The position numbers were made by a program, and so were the translations under genes. DNA of 64,000 nucleotides from NCBI GenBank assembly GCA_963813025.1, contig CAWEXO010000011.1:160001-224000 (forward strand), in the 5' to 3' direction. The DNA comes from an uncultured Verrucomicrobiae bacterium. Lineage in GTDB: Bacteria > Verrucomicrobiota > Verrucomicrobiia > Chthoniobacterales > JAFAMB01. Shown in pieces: positions 30,250-42,244 of this stretch; position 1 is the stretch's first letter, and each line of letters opens with the position of its first letter. The notes beneath the pieces were generated by a model. It worked only from the letters and a program-made list of their open reading frames with translations. It was not told the origin of the DNA and did not search any database.

Positions 30250-31671
30250 ATGAAGATCATTTTTCCTTCAGGAACATGCTCAGTGCCGGCCGTACGCGGA
30301 ACCAATAATTCCTGCGTAGGGCTCGCTCAAACCACCGAAGCAGGCTCGCTCAACCAGATAAAAGTTGGCGTGCTTCTGATCTACCTCCTTGCACCTGGCA
30401 CAACGATTCTGGCCAAGCAGCCACCGAAAACTTTCGGCGCCACGAAAGTTGATGAACTGACGTTAGACACCGTCGTCGCCGCTGCTTTGCAGAATAACCC
30501 GATGATTAAAGCTGCCCGAGCCAAATGGGAATCGGCAAAGCAAAGAGTCCCGCAGTCAGCGGCCTGGGAAGATCCGAAGCTGGGCGCGAATACGCTGCTT
30601 GGCCGGTTTGTCGACGTCTCGCGAAACGGTTTCAGCGACCAAATGGTGAGCGTCGAACAGATGATCCCGCTTTCTGGAAAGAACCGCAGCCGGGAACGCG
30701 TCGCCGCGGCAGAAGCGCTGGGGAGTTTCGAAGACTTCAGACGCCAGGAGCTGGACGTCGTTGCGAAAACGAAAGCAAGTTACTTTCGGCTAGCCAACCT
30801 CTACTCACTTTTGGATTTGAACCGCCAGGATCAGGCTGCACTCACGCAAACCCTGGCGGCAGGTAATGCAAAATTCGAAGTCGGAGCCGAGTCGCAGGCA
30901 GATCTATTAACCTCCGACGTTGAACTGCAGAAAATCATCGAAGCACGACGCGACCTTGAGCAGAAGATCTCGGACGAACAAACGACCCTGAAAGTGCTGA
31001 TGCACCGAGATCCCTTTTCGTCGCTGGGTCACCCGGTTTCGCCGGAGCCATTGCAATATGATCTTTCGTATCAGCGCTTACGAAGTCTTACCCTGGCAAA
31101 CCGCCCGGAAATTCGACAAGCGCAGGCAATGACGACCGCCGCTTCGGCCAAGGTTCAACTCGCCCACCGAGAGTGGATTCCTGATCCTTCGGTTAGTTTG
31201 GGAGCACAGCATTACAATGGTGGTTCGCAAGTCGTCAGCGAACTAAATGCCGGAGTTTCGATCAGTCTGCCGTGGTTCAATGGTAAAAAATACCGTGCAG
31301 GTGAACGCGAAGCTGAGAGCGATTTGCTTGCTGCCCAACAAACCTTCGATGGTGCGCAGACCGAGGCGCTGGGTTTGCTGCGTGACCAGCTGCAGAAGCT
31401 CGAGACGCTCCACCATCACATCGAGCTCTACCGGGATCGATTGCTGCCGAGCGCAGCTCAGACAGTTTCGGCAAATCAATCCGATTACGTGACCGGCAAA
31501 ACAACTTTGATTCAGGTGCTTATCTCGGAGAACAACCTCCGGGAGCTTAAGACAATGTATTACCAGGATACGGCGGACTACCAAGTCGCGATTGCCGAGT
31601 TAGAAGCTCTCATCGGAACAGATTTGAACGTAGCCGATCGCTCACACCGCCAGGAGCACAGCAGACAATGA
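30250..31671 (+). CDS. TolC/CusC-like outer membrane factor
   Basis: ALQNNP, EQMIPLSGK, NRPEI, ISLPWF; overlaps the adaptor start. Confidence 0.88.
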   Translation: MKIIFPSGTCSVPAVRGTNNSCVGLAQTTEAGSLNQIKVGVLLIYLLAPGTTILAKQPPKTFGATKVDELTLDTVVAAALQNNPMIKAARAKWESAKQRVPQSAAWEDPKLGANTLLGRFVDVSRNGFSDQMVSVEQMIPLSGKNRSRERVAAAEALGSFEDFRRQELDVVAKTKASYFRLANLYSLLDLNRQDQAALTQTLAAGNAKFEVGAESQADLLTSDVELQKIIEARRDLEQKISDEQTTLKVLMHRDPFSSLGHPVSPEPLQYDLSYQRLRSLTLANRPEIRQAQAMTTAASAKVQLAHREWIPDPSVSLGAQHYNGGSQVVSELNAGVSISLPWFNGKKYRAGEREAESDLLAAQQTFDGAQTEALGLLRDQLQKLETLHHHIELYRDRLLPSAAQTVSANQSDYVTGKTTLIQVLISENNLRELKTMYYQDTADYQVAIAELEALIGTDLNVADRSHRQEHSRQ

Positions 31672-33511
31672 AAACTCGTCTTTACCCGTTACCGGCAATC
31701 TTGCCCATCTTGCTCCTGGGATCTGGCCTGCTCAGCAGTTGCTCGAAGCCGGCGATAACGGCTGCTGCTGTTGATCAGGACGTCGACTACTACACCTGTA
31801 CAATGCATCCGTCGGTCCATTCGAGGACACCGGGGAAATGCCCGATTTGCTCCATGGATCTGGTGCCGGTAAAAAAGAAGAAAGTTGGGAATACCGAAAC
31901 GAAGATCGTAGCCACCGCGCAGTCGGGCGCCGGGTCCATGGGAGATATGAAGATGGGTTCGGCCGGCCAGAAACCCGGCGAATCGAGCGAATTCACGGTC
32001 CCGGTCGAAAGACAACAGCAAATTGGCGTGACCTATGCCACGGTAAAAAAGCGACCAATCCAATTTGCAATCCGTTCGGTTGGAATACTGGAGCCCGACA
32101 GCTCAAAGATCTTTGACTATGTGGCTCGGGTCGACGGTTACGTCCAGGAATTGAAAGTCAATTCACCCGGGCAACAGGTGTCGCCTGGCCGGCCGCTGAT
32201 AACGATCTACAGTCCTGACCTCCACAGCACGGAGCAGGAGTTAGTCAATCTTTTGAACGATCGCGAGCGTGCTGGCGCCAGCCGCGGTTCCGACGATCAG
32301 TTGATCGATGCCTCCAAGAGGCGACTCAAGCTTTGGAATGTGAGCGATCAGGAGATTGCCGACCTCGAGCGAAGTCGGAAACCGTCAGACCAATTAGTCC
32401 TGCGGTCGCCTTTCGACGGTGTCGTCAATGAAGTGATGAGCCGACCCGGAATGAAAGTCAAGGCAGGTGACAAACTTGTCAGCGTCCTTGACCTGTCAAG
32501 CCTGTGGGTTTGGGCCGAGTTTTACGAAAACGAGATCGGCTTACTCAAGCCAGGACAGCCGATCGACGTAGCTCTACCGGCCTTTCCAAACCAAACCTTC
32601 CAGGGATGGATTGCGGTCATCAATCCGAGTATTGATCCGACGAAACGAACGGCTCGCGTTCGAATCGATCTACCGAACCCGAAGCGTCAGTTGCGGCCTG
32701 GCATGTATGCAAACGTCGACGTGAAGATCGATGACGGAGAAGGATTAACGATTCCGGTGCAAGCGGCCCTCCCGACCGGAGAACGGATGCTCGTGTTTCT
32801 CGATCGTGGCCAGGGAAAACTTCTGCCTCGCTATGTACAGGTAGGTCGATCTTTTACGACCTTCGATGGCCAACAGGAGGAGAGTTTTTATCAAGTAGTG
32901 AGCGGATTGAAAGAAGGCGACCGGATTGTCACCAGCGCTAATTTTCTGATCGATGCGGAATCCCAGGTCCAAGGAGCGCTCAAGGATTTCCAAGGACCGG
33001 AGTCATCCGCGACGCCGGAGGTGCACAGCGAAAAGGTGGTAGATCCAGCAGGCGCCGGTCAGTCAGGAACGAAATTGTTCAGGATCTGCTCGGTTCGTAT
33101 TCCGTCATGCACGCCCGGTTGGCGGCCGATTCGCTGGCCGGGGTACAAGACTCGGCGAGCGCCTTGCTGGTTCAGCTGCGAACCATTCATGGGCAGTTGC
33201 TCGATCTTGCCCCGGATCCTGCCGCTTACGACCGAGTGCTCGATAGTTTGTATGAACTCGTGCAGAAGTTCCATCCCGCAACTCTTGAAGAAGCGAGAAT
33301 CCAATTCGGACAACTCAGCGACAAATTGATCGCGATGCTCAAGGTCGATCCCGATCTGCTCCAGGGATCTTGGAATGTGGTCGAATGCCCGATGTGGAAG
33401 AAATCGCCGGCCCGCTGGATTCAGAGCGGTGCGGAGATCAAGAATCCTTTCCTGGGTAAAACGATGACTGACTGTGGTCAGATTCAAGAGCGGTTGGGCT
33501 CCAGAAACTAA
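31668..33511 (+). CDS. cusB: CusB-like RND periplasmic adaptor with N-terminal metal-binding domain and C-terminal DUF3347-like domain; frameshift near 33080
   Basis: YTCTMHP...GKCPICSMDL, LRPGMY, ANFLIDAES, then CPM...W.Q....IKNPFLG..M..CG in the next frame. Confidence 0.85.
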
Positions 33512-33516
33512 CAGCC

Positions 33517-36500
33517 GTGGCCACGACAACTACTCAGCAAGTTGCTCCGACCTTTATCGAGCGAATCATTTCCGCGAGCGCCCGGAATCCTTTCCTGGTC
33601 GTCGTGTTGGTGATCCTCGGAATTGCCGCCGGAATCTTCGCTTTGTCCCAAACTCCGCTGGATGCCATTCCGGACCTCAGCGATGTGCAGGTGATTGTCT
33701 ATACTGACTGGGAAGGACGTTCGCCCGACCTGGTCGAAGATCAGATCACGTACCCCATCTCGACCAAATTTATCGCGGCACCGAAGGTCAAGTTTGTCCG
33801 CGGTGAATCGATGTTCGGCAAATCGTTCGTCTACGTGATTTTTCAGGACGGCACCGATATTTACTGGGCCCGGTCCCGAGTGATCGAGTACCTGAACTCG
33901 GTCCGCGGTTCCTTGCCGGAGGGTGTGAATCCGGTCATCGGTCCGGATGCCACTGGAGTCGGATGGGTCTACGAGTACGCCCTCGTGGACGAGACCGGCA
34001 AACACGATCTGGCGCAATTGCGATCCCTGCAGGACTGGAATATCCGATACGCCCTTGAATCGGTCGAAGGCGTGGCTGAGGTGGCGCCGGTTGGCGGATT
34101 TGTTAAGCAATATCAAGTCGATCTCGATCCGAACAAGCTTCTGGCCTACAACATCCCAATCGGAGACGTTGCCAATGCGATCCGGATGAGCAACCAGGAC
34201 GTCGGAGGGAAAACCTTCGAGGTATCAACGACGCAGTTTTTTGTCCGTGGTCGCGGCTACATCAAGAATGTGCAGGACTTTGAAGATATCGTCCTCAAAG
34301 TCCAAAATGGGACGCCGGTTTACTTGAAGCAAGTGGGCACTGTTCATCTCGGACCTGATCTGCGGTACGGAGTCGTCGAACTCAACGGGGAAGGAGAGAC
34401 GGTTGGTGGAATCGTCGTCATGCGTTATGGCGAAAACGCTCTGAAGGTCATTGATGGGGTTAAGAGGAAATTTGCGGAGATCAAAAAAGCGCTGCCGGAA
34501 GGTGTGCAGATTGTTCCCGTCTATGATCGCAGCACCCTTATTCACAACGCAATCGATACACTTCGAGAGAAGTTGATCGAAGAAAGCATTGTGGTTGCCC
34601 TGGTATCCATTGTTTTTCTTTGGCATGTCCGGTCCGCTCTTGTTTGCGATCATCACCCTGCCGATTGCCATCATTCTCTCATTCGTTCCGATGCTCTGGT
34701 TGGGACAGACTTCAAACATCATGTCGTTGGGTGGGATCGCCATTGCGATCGGTGCAATGATCGATGCGGCGATCATCATGGTCGAGAATGCTCACAAGGC
34801 ACTGGAGCATTTTCGAATCCAGGATGGGCATGAAGCGCGTGGCCGAGAACGGTTCGAAGTTATCTTGACGGCAGCCAAGAGTGTCGGGCGGCCACTTTTT
34901 TTCTCTCTTCTGGTCATCACCGTTAGTTTCATTCCAGTCTTCTCCCTGGAGGCACAGGAGGGAAGATTATTTCGCCCGTTGGCGTTCACGAAGACCTTTG
35001 CCATGTTTTTCGCTTCCATCCTGGGAGTGATCCTGGTGCCGGTCCTGATGGCGTGGCTCATTCGTGGAAAGATCACACCGGAAACGAAGAACCCGGTTAA
35101 TCGCTTTTTGATTTGGGCCTACCAACCACTGGTTAACTTTGTCCTTCGCTTTCGCTGGTTAACACTTTTCCTGGCTGTGGTGGTGCTCGCTCTGACCTAT
35201 ATTCCCTTCAGCCGGCTCGGGAAAGAGTTCATGCCTCCGTTGAATGAAGGGACCCTCCTGTATATGCCGACGGCAGTTCCCGGGATGTCGATTACCGAAG
35301 CAACCAAAGTCTTGCAGATCCAGGATCGCATTCTTCGGAAGTTCCCTGAGGTAGAGAGCGTTTTTGGTAAAGCCGGACAAGCTGATACGTCTACTGATCC
35401 CGCACCGCTCTCCATGTTCGAGACCGTCCTGCAATTAAAGCCGCCGCAACAGTGGCCTGCAGGAATGACTTGGGAAAAGCTGATTGCCGAAATGAACGAG
35501 GTCAGCAAGACGCCTGGTATGGCCCAGATCTTCTGGATGCCGATTCAAACGCGGACGGAAATGCTGACCACTGGGTTTCGGTCGGTTCTAGGCATCAAGA
35601 TTTTGGCCCGGAGCTCAAAGGTATTCAGGACGTTGCTGTCGCCATCGAAAAAGCGCTCTCAAATTTTCCGAACACTCGAAGTGCCTTTGCTGAGCGGACC
35701 ACAGGAGGTTATTTCCTGGATTTCACCCCGAACCGTCAGGCCGCGGCGCGCTACGGCCTGAGAATCGAAGATGTTAATCAAATCGTTGAGACCGCGATCG
35801 GCGGAAACACGATTGGAACGACCGTCGAAGGTCGGGAGCGTTATCCGATCAGTGTTCGCTATGCCCGCGATTATCCGCGATGATATCAGCCGATTGCAGC
35901 GCGTGCTGGTGGCGACTCCAACCGGAGAGCAGGTGCCGATTTCGTTGCTGGCCGATATTCAGCTATCGAACAGGCGCTCCATCGATTCGGACCGAGAACG
36001 GTCAGCTAGTCGGGTTTGTTTTCGTGGACATCACGAGCACCGACATCAATGGCTACGTCAAAGCAGCGAGCCACAAGATCGATCAGGAAGTTAAGTTTCC
36101 ACCGGGCTATTACATCCAATGGGCCGGCCAATTTCAATACCTGCAAGCGGCCGAGAAGCGCTTATCGATTCTCATTCCGTTTACCTTGCTGATTATCTTT
36201 GTCCTCATCTATTATCAACACTGGCTCAGTAACCAAGACATTCATAGTCTTGCTGTCTGTGCCATTTTCTCTCGTGGGAGCGTTTTGGCTCCTTTATCTT
36301 CTTGGCTATAACATGAGCGTTGCGGTCTGGATCGGACTGATCGCTTTAGCTGGTCTGGATGCGGAGACGGGTGTCGTGATGCTCCTCTACCTCGACCAGG
36401 CCTGGGATAAATATCGCGGGGAGGGAAGAATGAATGGGATGGCGGATTTATACGCGGCGGTTAAGGAAGGCGCGGTTCAACGAATCCGACCCAAGATGAT

Positions 36501-37182
36501 GACGGTCTGCGCAATTTTGTTTGGACTGTTGCCAATCATGTGGTCTCCGGCTTACCAGGCGGGCGCCGATGTGATGAAACGAATCGCTACTCCGATGATC
36601 GGAGGTGTCGTGACTTCCGCAATTCTGAACCTTCTGATTTACCCGGTCATTTATGTTATCTGGCGCAAGCGTCAACTACCGTCCGCCGGTTTGCCATTGG
36701 GCGAAACTCCCGCGACTAACGCCCAGGGATACAGGGGCGGGCTCAGAGGATTAGCACGTTTCTTGATCGTCGGCTTAATCGCAGCAGTCCTGTTTGGTGG
36801 TGGCTATGCTGGGTGGAACTGGTGGAGTTCTCATACGCAGGGAACTTCGCAGATCAAGGGGGTGCCGTTCGCGAGTCGGACGGCTGAGGGGCTGAAGGTT
36901 AATTTATATGGCGATCTTCACAACGGGCCAAGTGCGATTCTAATCGAGTTTAAGGACTTCGGTGGGCAGTCAAAAGACGTTGGCGAGGTGAAGACTGACC
37001 TCGCTATGAACATGACAGGAATGGTTATGCACTCGGGAGGCGACGTCTCAAAAACAAAGCAGCCAGGAGTCTATCAGGCAAAGCTGCAACTGCAAATGTC
37101 AGGCGACTGGGTTGTAAACCTATCCTGGAGAGGCCCGGCTGGCGAGGGACAGGCCGAGATCCCGGTAAGTGTGAAGCAGTGA
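33517..37182 (+). CDS. cusA: CusA-like heavy-metal RND permease with C-terminal YtkA/FixH-like extension; about five frameshifts
   Basis: LDAIPDLSDVQVI, GPDATGVGWVYEY, NIMSLGGIAIAIGAMIDA, EFMPPLNEG, DPAPLSMFET, RIRPKMMT. Confidence 0.9.
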
Positions 37183-37242
37183 TGGGTTGCGGCGCCTGGG
37201 GAACCGCTATCGACAGAGGTTCTAACTTAGAAATAAATAGGA

Positions 37243-37515
37243 CTCACACGGAGGTCGCAAAGATCGCAAAGATAAAGACAATCACATTTTTCCGATCTCT
37301 GCGATCTTTGTAATACTGATGTTGAACTTCACGCAAGTTCGCGATGATTTTCATACGGCGAGGATTTTTCGTCCTCGTCCTCGAGTAAGGCGCACGGCCT
37401 CGTGCGTCACCTCCCGGGATACGGACGGGGCCGTCCGCGCTACGCGAGTGCTCTCACTTCAACTTGGCGGCAGCCGGGTATCTTCGAGGACGAGGACGCC
37501 GACGAGACCGAGGAC
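37243..37515. repeat. Cluster of periodic palindromic repeats between convergent genes
   Basis: GTCGCAAAGATCGCAAAG...CTCTGCGATCTTTG (37243-37310) and CGTCCTCGTCCTCG...CGAGGACGAGGACG (37370-37515). Confidence 0.65.
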
Positions 37516-37556
37516 AATGCGGTTGCGGCTAATTAGAGCTCACCCTCAGACTCGAT

Positions 37557-38009
37557 TCAGCCTGACGACTTCTTAGGCGTTTTTGGCTTTCTTGTTCTTG
37601 CGGATTGATCCGGTAGAGATACGCTTTTTGCTTTTGACCGCCGGAGGGATGGCGCAGGACTTTCCGGCGTTTCTTGGTAAATGAATCGAAACGCGTCCGC
37701 GATTGCGGCATTCGCTGCGTCGGTCAATGCGCGCAGAATACCCTCGTCCTGAGTTAACACCCGGCACCCAGCAATGATTTCAGTGTGATGTTGCGAAATG
37801 GCGGCCAGCAGCGACGTCTTTGGCGAATCTGGCGCGATCAGCTTTCGATAAGATTGCTGAATGAGATCATGAACACCGGAGGACAGCAGACTCGCGTTTG
37901 CTGCCGCAAAAAGATCCTTGTAAGCTCTGAGACTCACCCCGGCGATGTCTTGCTGGCGGGCTTTGAAAGCGGTGACGGCCAAGCCGATTTTCGCAATCAG
38001 ATCCGACAT
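37557..38009 (-). CDS. Hypothetical protein
   Basis: 150-aa ORF, helical composition with basic tail; no recognised motif. Confidence 0.5.
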   Translation of the reverse strand: MSDLIAKIGLAVTAFKARQQDIAGVSLRAYKDLFAAANASLLSSGVHDLIQQSYRKLIAPDSPKTSLLAAISQHHTEIIAGCRVLTQDEGILRALTDAANAAIADAFRFIYQETPESPAPSLRRSKAKSVSLPDQSARTRKPKTPKKSSG

Positions 38010-38259
38010 GTCACCAGAGTTACTACCACGACAGGCAATTGTCAGTCATATTTCGGTGAGCCTGACGCACGAGTCGCAGGGTCTTCCGATTGCGGACGAG
38101 GCCGTTCCGCGCTACGGGTAGCCGCTTCGCCGGAATACGGCGCGGCAAGTTCCGCGCCACTGGAGTGCTTCAGGCGAAGATTGTGGCAGCCCGATATGTT
38201 CGAGGATTTGTTTGCGGCTAGGCTGCGACGTAGTATTCCCTACCTTGTTGGAGGGAAAG

Positions 38260-38694
38260 ATGCCGGCGGAATTTCTCATTGTTGACGGCCATAGCATCAT
38301 CTTTGCCTGGCCGGATCTCCGGGCTCTTCATCAGCAAAGAACTGCTAACGCGCGGGACCGTCTGATCAAACTGCTGACCGATTTCCAGGATTTTACCGGG
38401 GTGCGTGTGGTTCTGGTTTTTGATGGTCAGGGTTCATCGATCAACGAAATGAGCGAGCCAAACGGTATCCAGGTTTTCTATTCCAGCGCAGGTCGAACCG
38501 CTGACGATGTCGTCGAGCGTCTGACCGCGAAGTACTCTCAGATGTATTCGATTACGGTAGCCACGGAGGACTCGCTCGAGCAGCAAACCGCGTTGTCGTT
38601 CGGGGCTCACTGTATTGGTGCGGAGAAGCTCCGAACTTTAATCGACTCAGCGCGCAAAGAACTCGATTCTGATCTGAAGTCGCATCGACGGTAA
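38260..38694 (+). CDS. YacP/Rae1-like NYN-domain ribonuclease
   Basis: LIVDGHSII, VLVFDG, TADDVVERL, VATED; GGAGG upstream. Confidence 0.85.
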   Translation: MPAEFLIVDGHSIIFAWPDLRALHQQRTANARDRLIKLLTDFQDFTGVRVVLVFDGQGSSINEMSEPNGIQVFYSSAGRTADDVVERLTAKYSQMYSITVATEDSLEQQTALSFGAHCIGAEKLRTLIDSARKELDSDLKSHRR

Positions 38695-38712
38695 GTCCTC
38701 GACGATCTCCGT

Positions 38713-39714
38713 TCATCCGGTGAAAAGCCGGAGGCCAGGGCTCAATTCTTGATCAAGAACCTGAATCATTTGCGCCGGCGTCTCGAGGGCGGCAAGAATT
38801 CCGCAATTCTCCAAGGTCACCAAGCTGCAATGTCGCGGAATTCTCTGCAGGCGACGACCGAGCTCGATATCCTGACCAATTGCTTTATCGGCCCAAAGCA
38901 GCGTCACCGGCTGGGTTAACCCGGCAAAAATGCGTTCGAGGCAGGGATGGTCCTTGCGCCGAAGCCATTGCAGAACGGCCCGCTGGGCTCCGAACTGTTG
39001 CGCGCTCCTGGTCAGAACATCGATCGTCTCGCGATCGATTCGTTCAGGTTCGGCAAAACCAAAGCGTTTCAGCCAATCTCGGATCTGTCGTTCCGAGGCA
39101 AGGTGCCGGCGATAAAAGCCGTCGTTCCGGAGTGCTAATCTCGCGAAGGTCCGGAGGCGCTGTGGCACATAGTGCTGGAGCAGATCTCGATCGTCGACTG
39201 GCATGAACAGCACGAGCCTCTGCACCAGTTCGGGATGCTGTTCGGCGAGCAGAGCGCTCGCGACCGCCCCCAGCCCGCTGCCCACAATGGCGGCCCTAAC
39301 CTCTCCACACTTCGCTCGCAGACATTCTCCCAGCGATCGGATATGGTCCTCGAGCGAGAGATTCCGTTTTGAGCGCTCCGACTCGCCAAACCCGACCAGA
39401 TCCGGTGCGATCACCTGGAATCGATCGGCGAAGTGCGGGTAAACCTTCGACCATTCATAGGACGATGCACCCAGGTAAACACCGTGCAGGAAGATCAGCG
39501 GATCGCCTTGGCCGGATTCATGGTAAACCATTTGCCCCCGACTGGTGTACAGCATCCTCGTGGCGAAAATCGCAGGCGAAATGCTTTCGGGGATCCTGAT
39601 TTGGGTCCGGGGTTGCTTGGCCAAACGCACAGCGACGACCAGCGCACCGAGCATTCCCGCACCGAGGCCAAGGCTCAAGAGCTTTCGTTTGAGGAAACCG
39701 AGCAATTTGCGCAT
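38713..39714 (-). CDS. Alpha/beta hydrolase fold protein
   Basis: FLHG...SSYEW, APDLVGFGES; degenerate elbow GSGLG. Confidence 0.8.
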   Translation of the reverse strand: MRKLLGFLKRKLLSLGLGAGMLGALVVAVRLAKQPRTQIRIPESISPAIFATRMLYTSRGQMVYHESGQGDPLIFLHGVYLGASSYEWSKVYPHFADRFQVIAPDLVGFGESERSKRNLSLEDHIRSLGECLRAKCGEVRAAIVGSGLGAVASALLAEQHPELVQRLVLFMPVDDRDLLQHYVPQRLRTFARLALRNDGFYRRHLASERQIRDWLKRFGFAEPERIDRETIDVLTRSAQQFGAQRAVLQWLRRKDHPCLERIFAGLTQPVTLLWADKAIGQDIELGRRLQRIPRHCSLVTLENCGILAALETPAQMIQVLDQELSPGLRLFTG

Positions 39715-39745
39715 GACTTCCCTGACTCTCTCACCGGACTGCGCG

Positions 39746-40772
39746 CTAGCTGAGCAACACTTTGCCTGAGCCCGGCGTGATCTGCCCGATCACTTTGCCT
39801 CGGGTCAGGCTAACCACTTCATTTTGCTGATGTTTAGCCACCACCAAAACCATTCCGATACCCATATTGAAAACCTGGAACATCTCTTCCGGGACGATGT
39901 TGCCGCCCTTCTGAATAAGCCGAAAAATAGGAGGCACCTTCCAGGAACCGACATTAATCAGTGCGTCACAGGTGCCGGGCAGGATGCGAGGTAAATTATC
40001 GATCAGACCGCCACCAGTGATGTGCGCGGCCCCTTTAACTTTCCCTGGAGGAATCGCCGAAAGGACAGGTTCATAGTTTCGGTGAGTGCGCAGCAACTCA
40101 TCACCGAGCGTTCTTCCCAGGCTTTCGTGCTTTTTTGTCAGATCCAGTCGCATCTGGTTCAACAGAACTTTCCGGGCCAACGAATACCCGTTGGTATGGA
40201 GCCCATTGGAGGGCAGGCCGATCAATGCATCGGAGGGAACGATCCGGGAACCATCAAGCATCCTGCACCGATCAACCAAGCCGACGATGCAGCCCGCCAA
40301 ATCATACTCCCCGGCCGAGTACATGTCGGGCATCTGGGCGGTTTCGCCGCCGATGAGAGCACAGCTGCTCACTTTGCAGGCTTTGGTAAATCCGGAAATC
40401 AGCTGATCGAATACCGCTGGATCGAGGTGCTCGGCGCCGATATAATCGAGGAAGAAAAGCGGCTGCGCACCGATCACAGCGATGTCGTTGATGCAGTGGT
40501 TGACGAGATCCTGCGCGACTGATGTCATGCCTGCCCAAGGCAACCGCTATTTTTAGCTTTGTGCCGACGCCATCGATACTGGCCACGAGGACCGGGTCCT
40601 TGAATCCTCTGAAATCGGCCCGAAACAAGCCGCCAAAGCCACCGGAACGTCCAAGAACCTCCGGACCGAAGGTGGTTTTTACCTTTTCATGTAGCCCTCG
40701 TTTGACCCGATTACCGAGATCGATGTCTACTCCGGCCGCGGCGTAGGCTTTTTTCTGGCCGCTCGGCGTCAT
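39746..40772 (-). CDS. purM: Phosphoribosylformylglycinamidine cyclo-ligase; frameshift near 40520
   Basis: YAAAGVDI, GGFGGLF, DGVGTKL, PLFFLDY, GGETA, HTNGYSL, HITGGG, FNMGIG. Confidence 0.93.
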
Positions 40773-42241
40773 TTTCGACTCGGCAAAAAGTTCAGGATGG
40801 GCCAAGGATTCCGCCAGCTGCCGCGGGCGCGTCTGACGGCGTTCCATGATAAACTTGTCCAGCTCGGTATCGATCGGCACGGGGTAATGGCCGTTGAAAC
40901 AGGCCAGACAGAACTCGTTCTCTGGCAGCCCGGTCGCCCGGACCATCCCGTCTAGATCCAGATAACCGACTGAGTCGACTCCGAGATATTCGCGAATCTC
41001 TTCCTGTGAATAGCTGGTTGGCCAGGAGGTTCTTCGGGTCGGGAAAATCGATGCCGTAATAGCAGGCAAACCGATGCGGAGGACAGCTGATCCGCAAGTG
41101 CACCTCCTTCGCGCCGGCCTCGCGCAAGATTTACAACTTTTGCCCGGGCTGTCGTGCCACGCACGACGGAATCATCGACCACGACTACGCGTTTACCGGC
41201 GACCAGCTCTTTGATGAGGTTCAGTTTCACCCGCACATTAAAATCGCGAATAAGCTGGGTCGGCTGGAGAAAAGTGCGTCCGATGTAGTGGTTCCGCACA
41301 AATGCATGTTCGAAAGGAATCTCCAGTTCCTGGCTGAATCCGAGCGCCGCGTAATTGCCTGAGTCGGGGACAGGCACGACGATGTCTGCTTCCACGGGGT
41401 GCAAGCCGGGCGAGTTCCCGTCCCATCGCCACTCGCACCCGGCTGACGTTCCTGTCGCTGAATCATGGCTGTCCGGGCGAGCGAAATAGACGTATTCAAA
41501 CATGCAGAAAGCTGGGCGCTCTTCCTTGAAGGGCCATTCGGAGCGAATCCCGTTCTCGTCGATGATAACGACTTCGCCCGGCTCGATTTCGCGAATAAAC
41601 TCCGCGTGGATCAGGTCCAAGGCGCAGGTCTCGGAGGCCAGGACATAAGCGCTCCATCCAGTTTGCCCAAGGGCGAGCGGCCGAAAACCAAAAGGGTCGC
41701 GCACTCCGATGATCTCGCTTCTCGCCCATCAACACAAACGAGAAAGCGCCTTCGATCTGCCGCAAAGCAGCCAGAGCACGTCGACTGCGCCGGACTGGGC
41801 GAGCAGGTGCAAGGACTGATCTCACTATCGACGGTGGTCTGGAAAATCGAACCTTTGGACTCCAGGTCCTCCCGCAAGACCGCCGCGTTGATCAGGTTGC
41901 CATTATGCGCAATGGCCAACTGGCCTCGCGCACAATCGACCACCAACGGCTGGGCGTTCTTTAGTGTGCTCGATCCGGTCGTCGAGTAGCGCACATGTCC
42001 GATGGCTCGCGTCACCCTTGAGCTGTTTCAGCTCCTCTCGCCGAAGACCTGGGCGACCAGCCCCATTCCGCGATGAATATTGAACGGGCTGATGCGGCCC
42101 CTCCGCGGTCACGATGCCGGCGCTCTCCTGCCCGCGATGCTGCAGCGCAAAGAGCCCGTAGTAGGTCAGCAACGCGGCGTTTGGATGCCCATAAACGCCG
42201 AAAACGCCGCACTCATGTTTTGGTCTATGCGAATTTTTCAC
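40769..42241 (-). CDS. purF: Amidophosphoribosyltransferase; many frameshifts
   Basis: [60 protein letters not shown]. Confidence 0.93.
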
Positions 42242-42244
42242 CGG

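Noticed and set aside
40302..41069. In-frame purF-purM fusion in the ORF track
   Set aside because: One indel would restore an ordinary ATGA overlap at 40769-40772, and the region is indel-rich.
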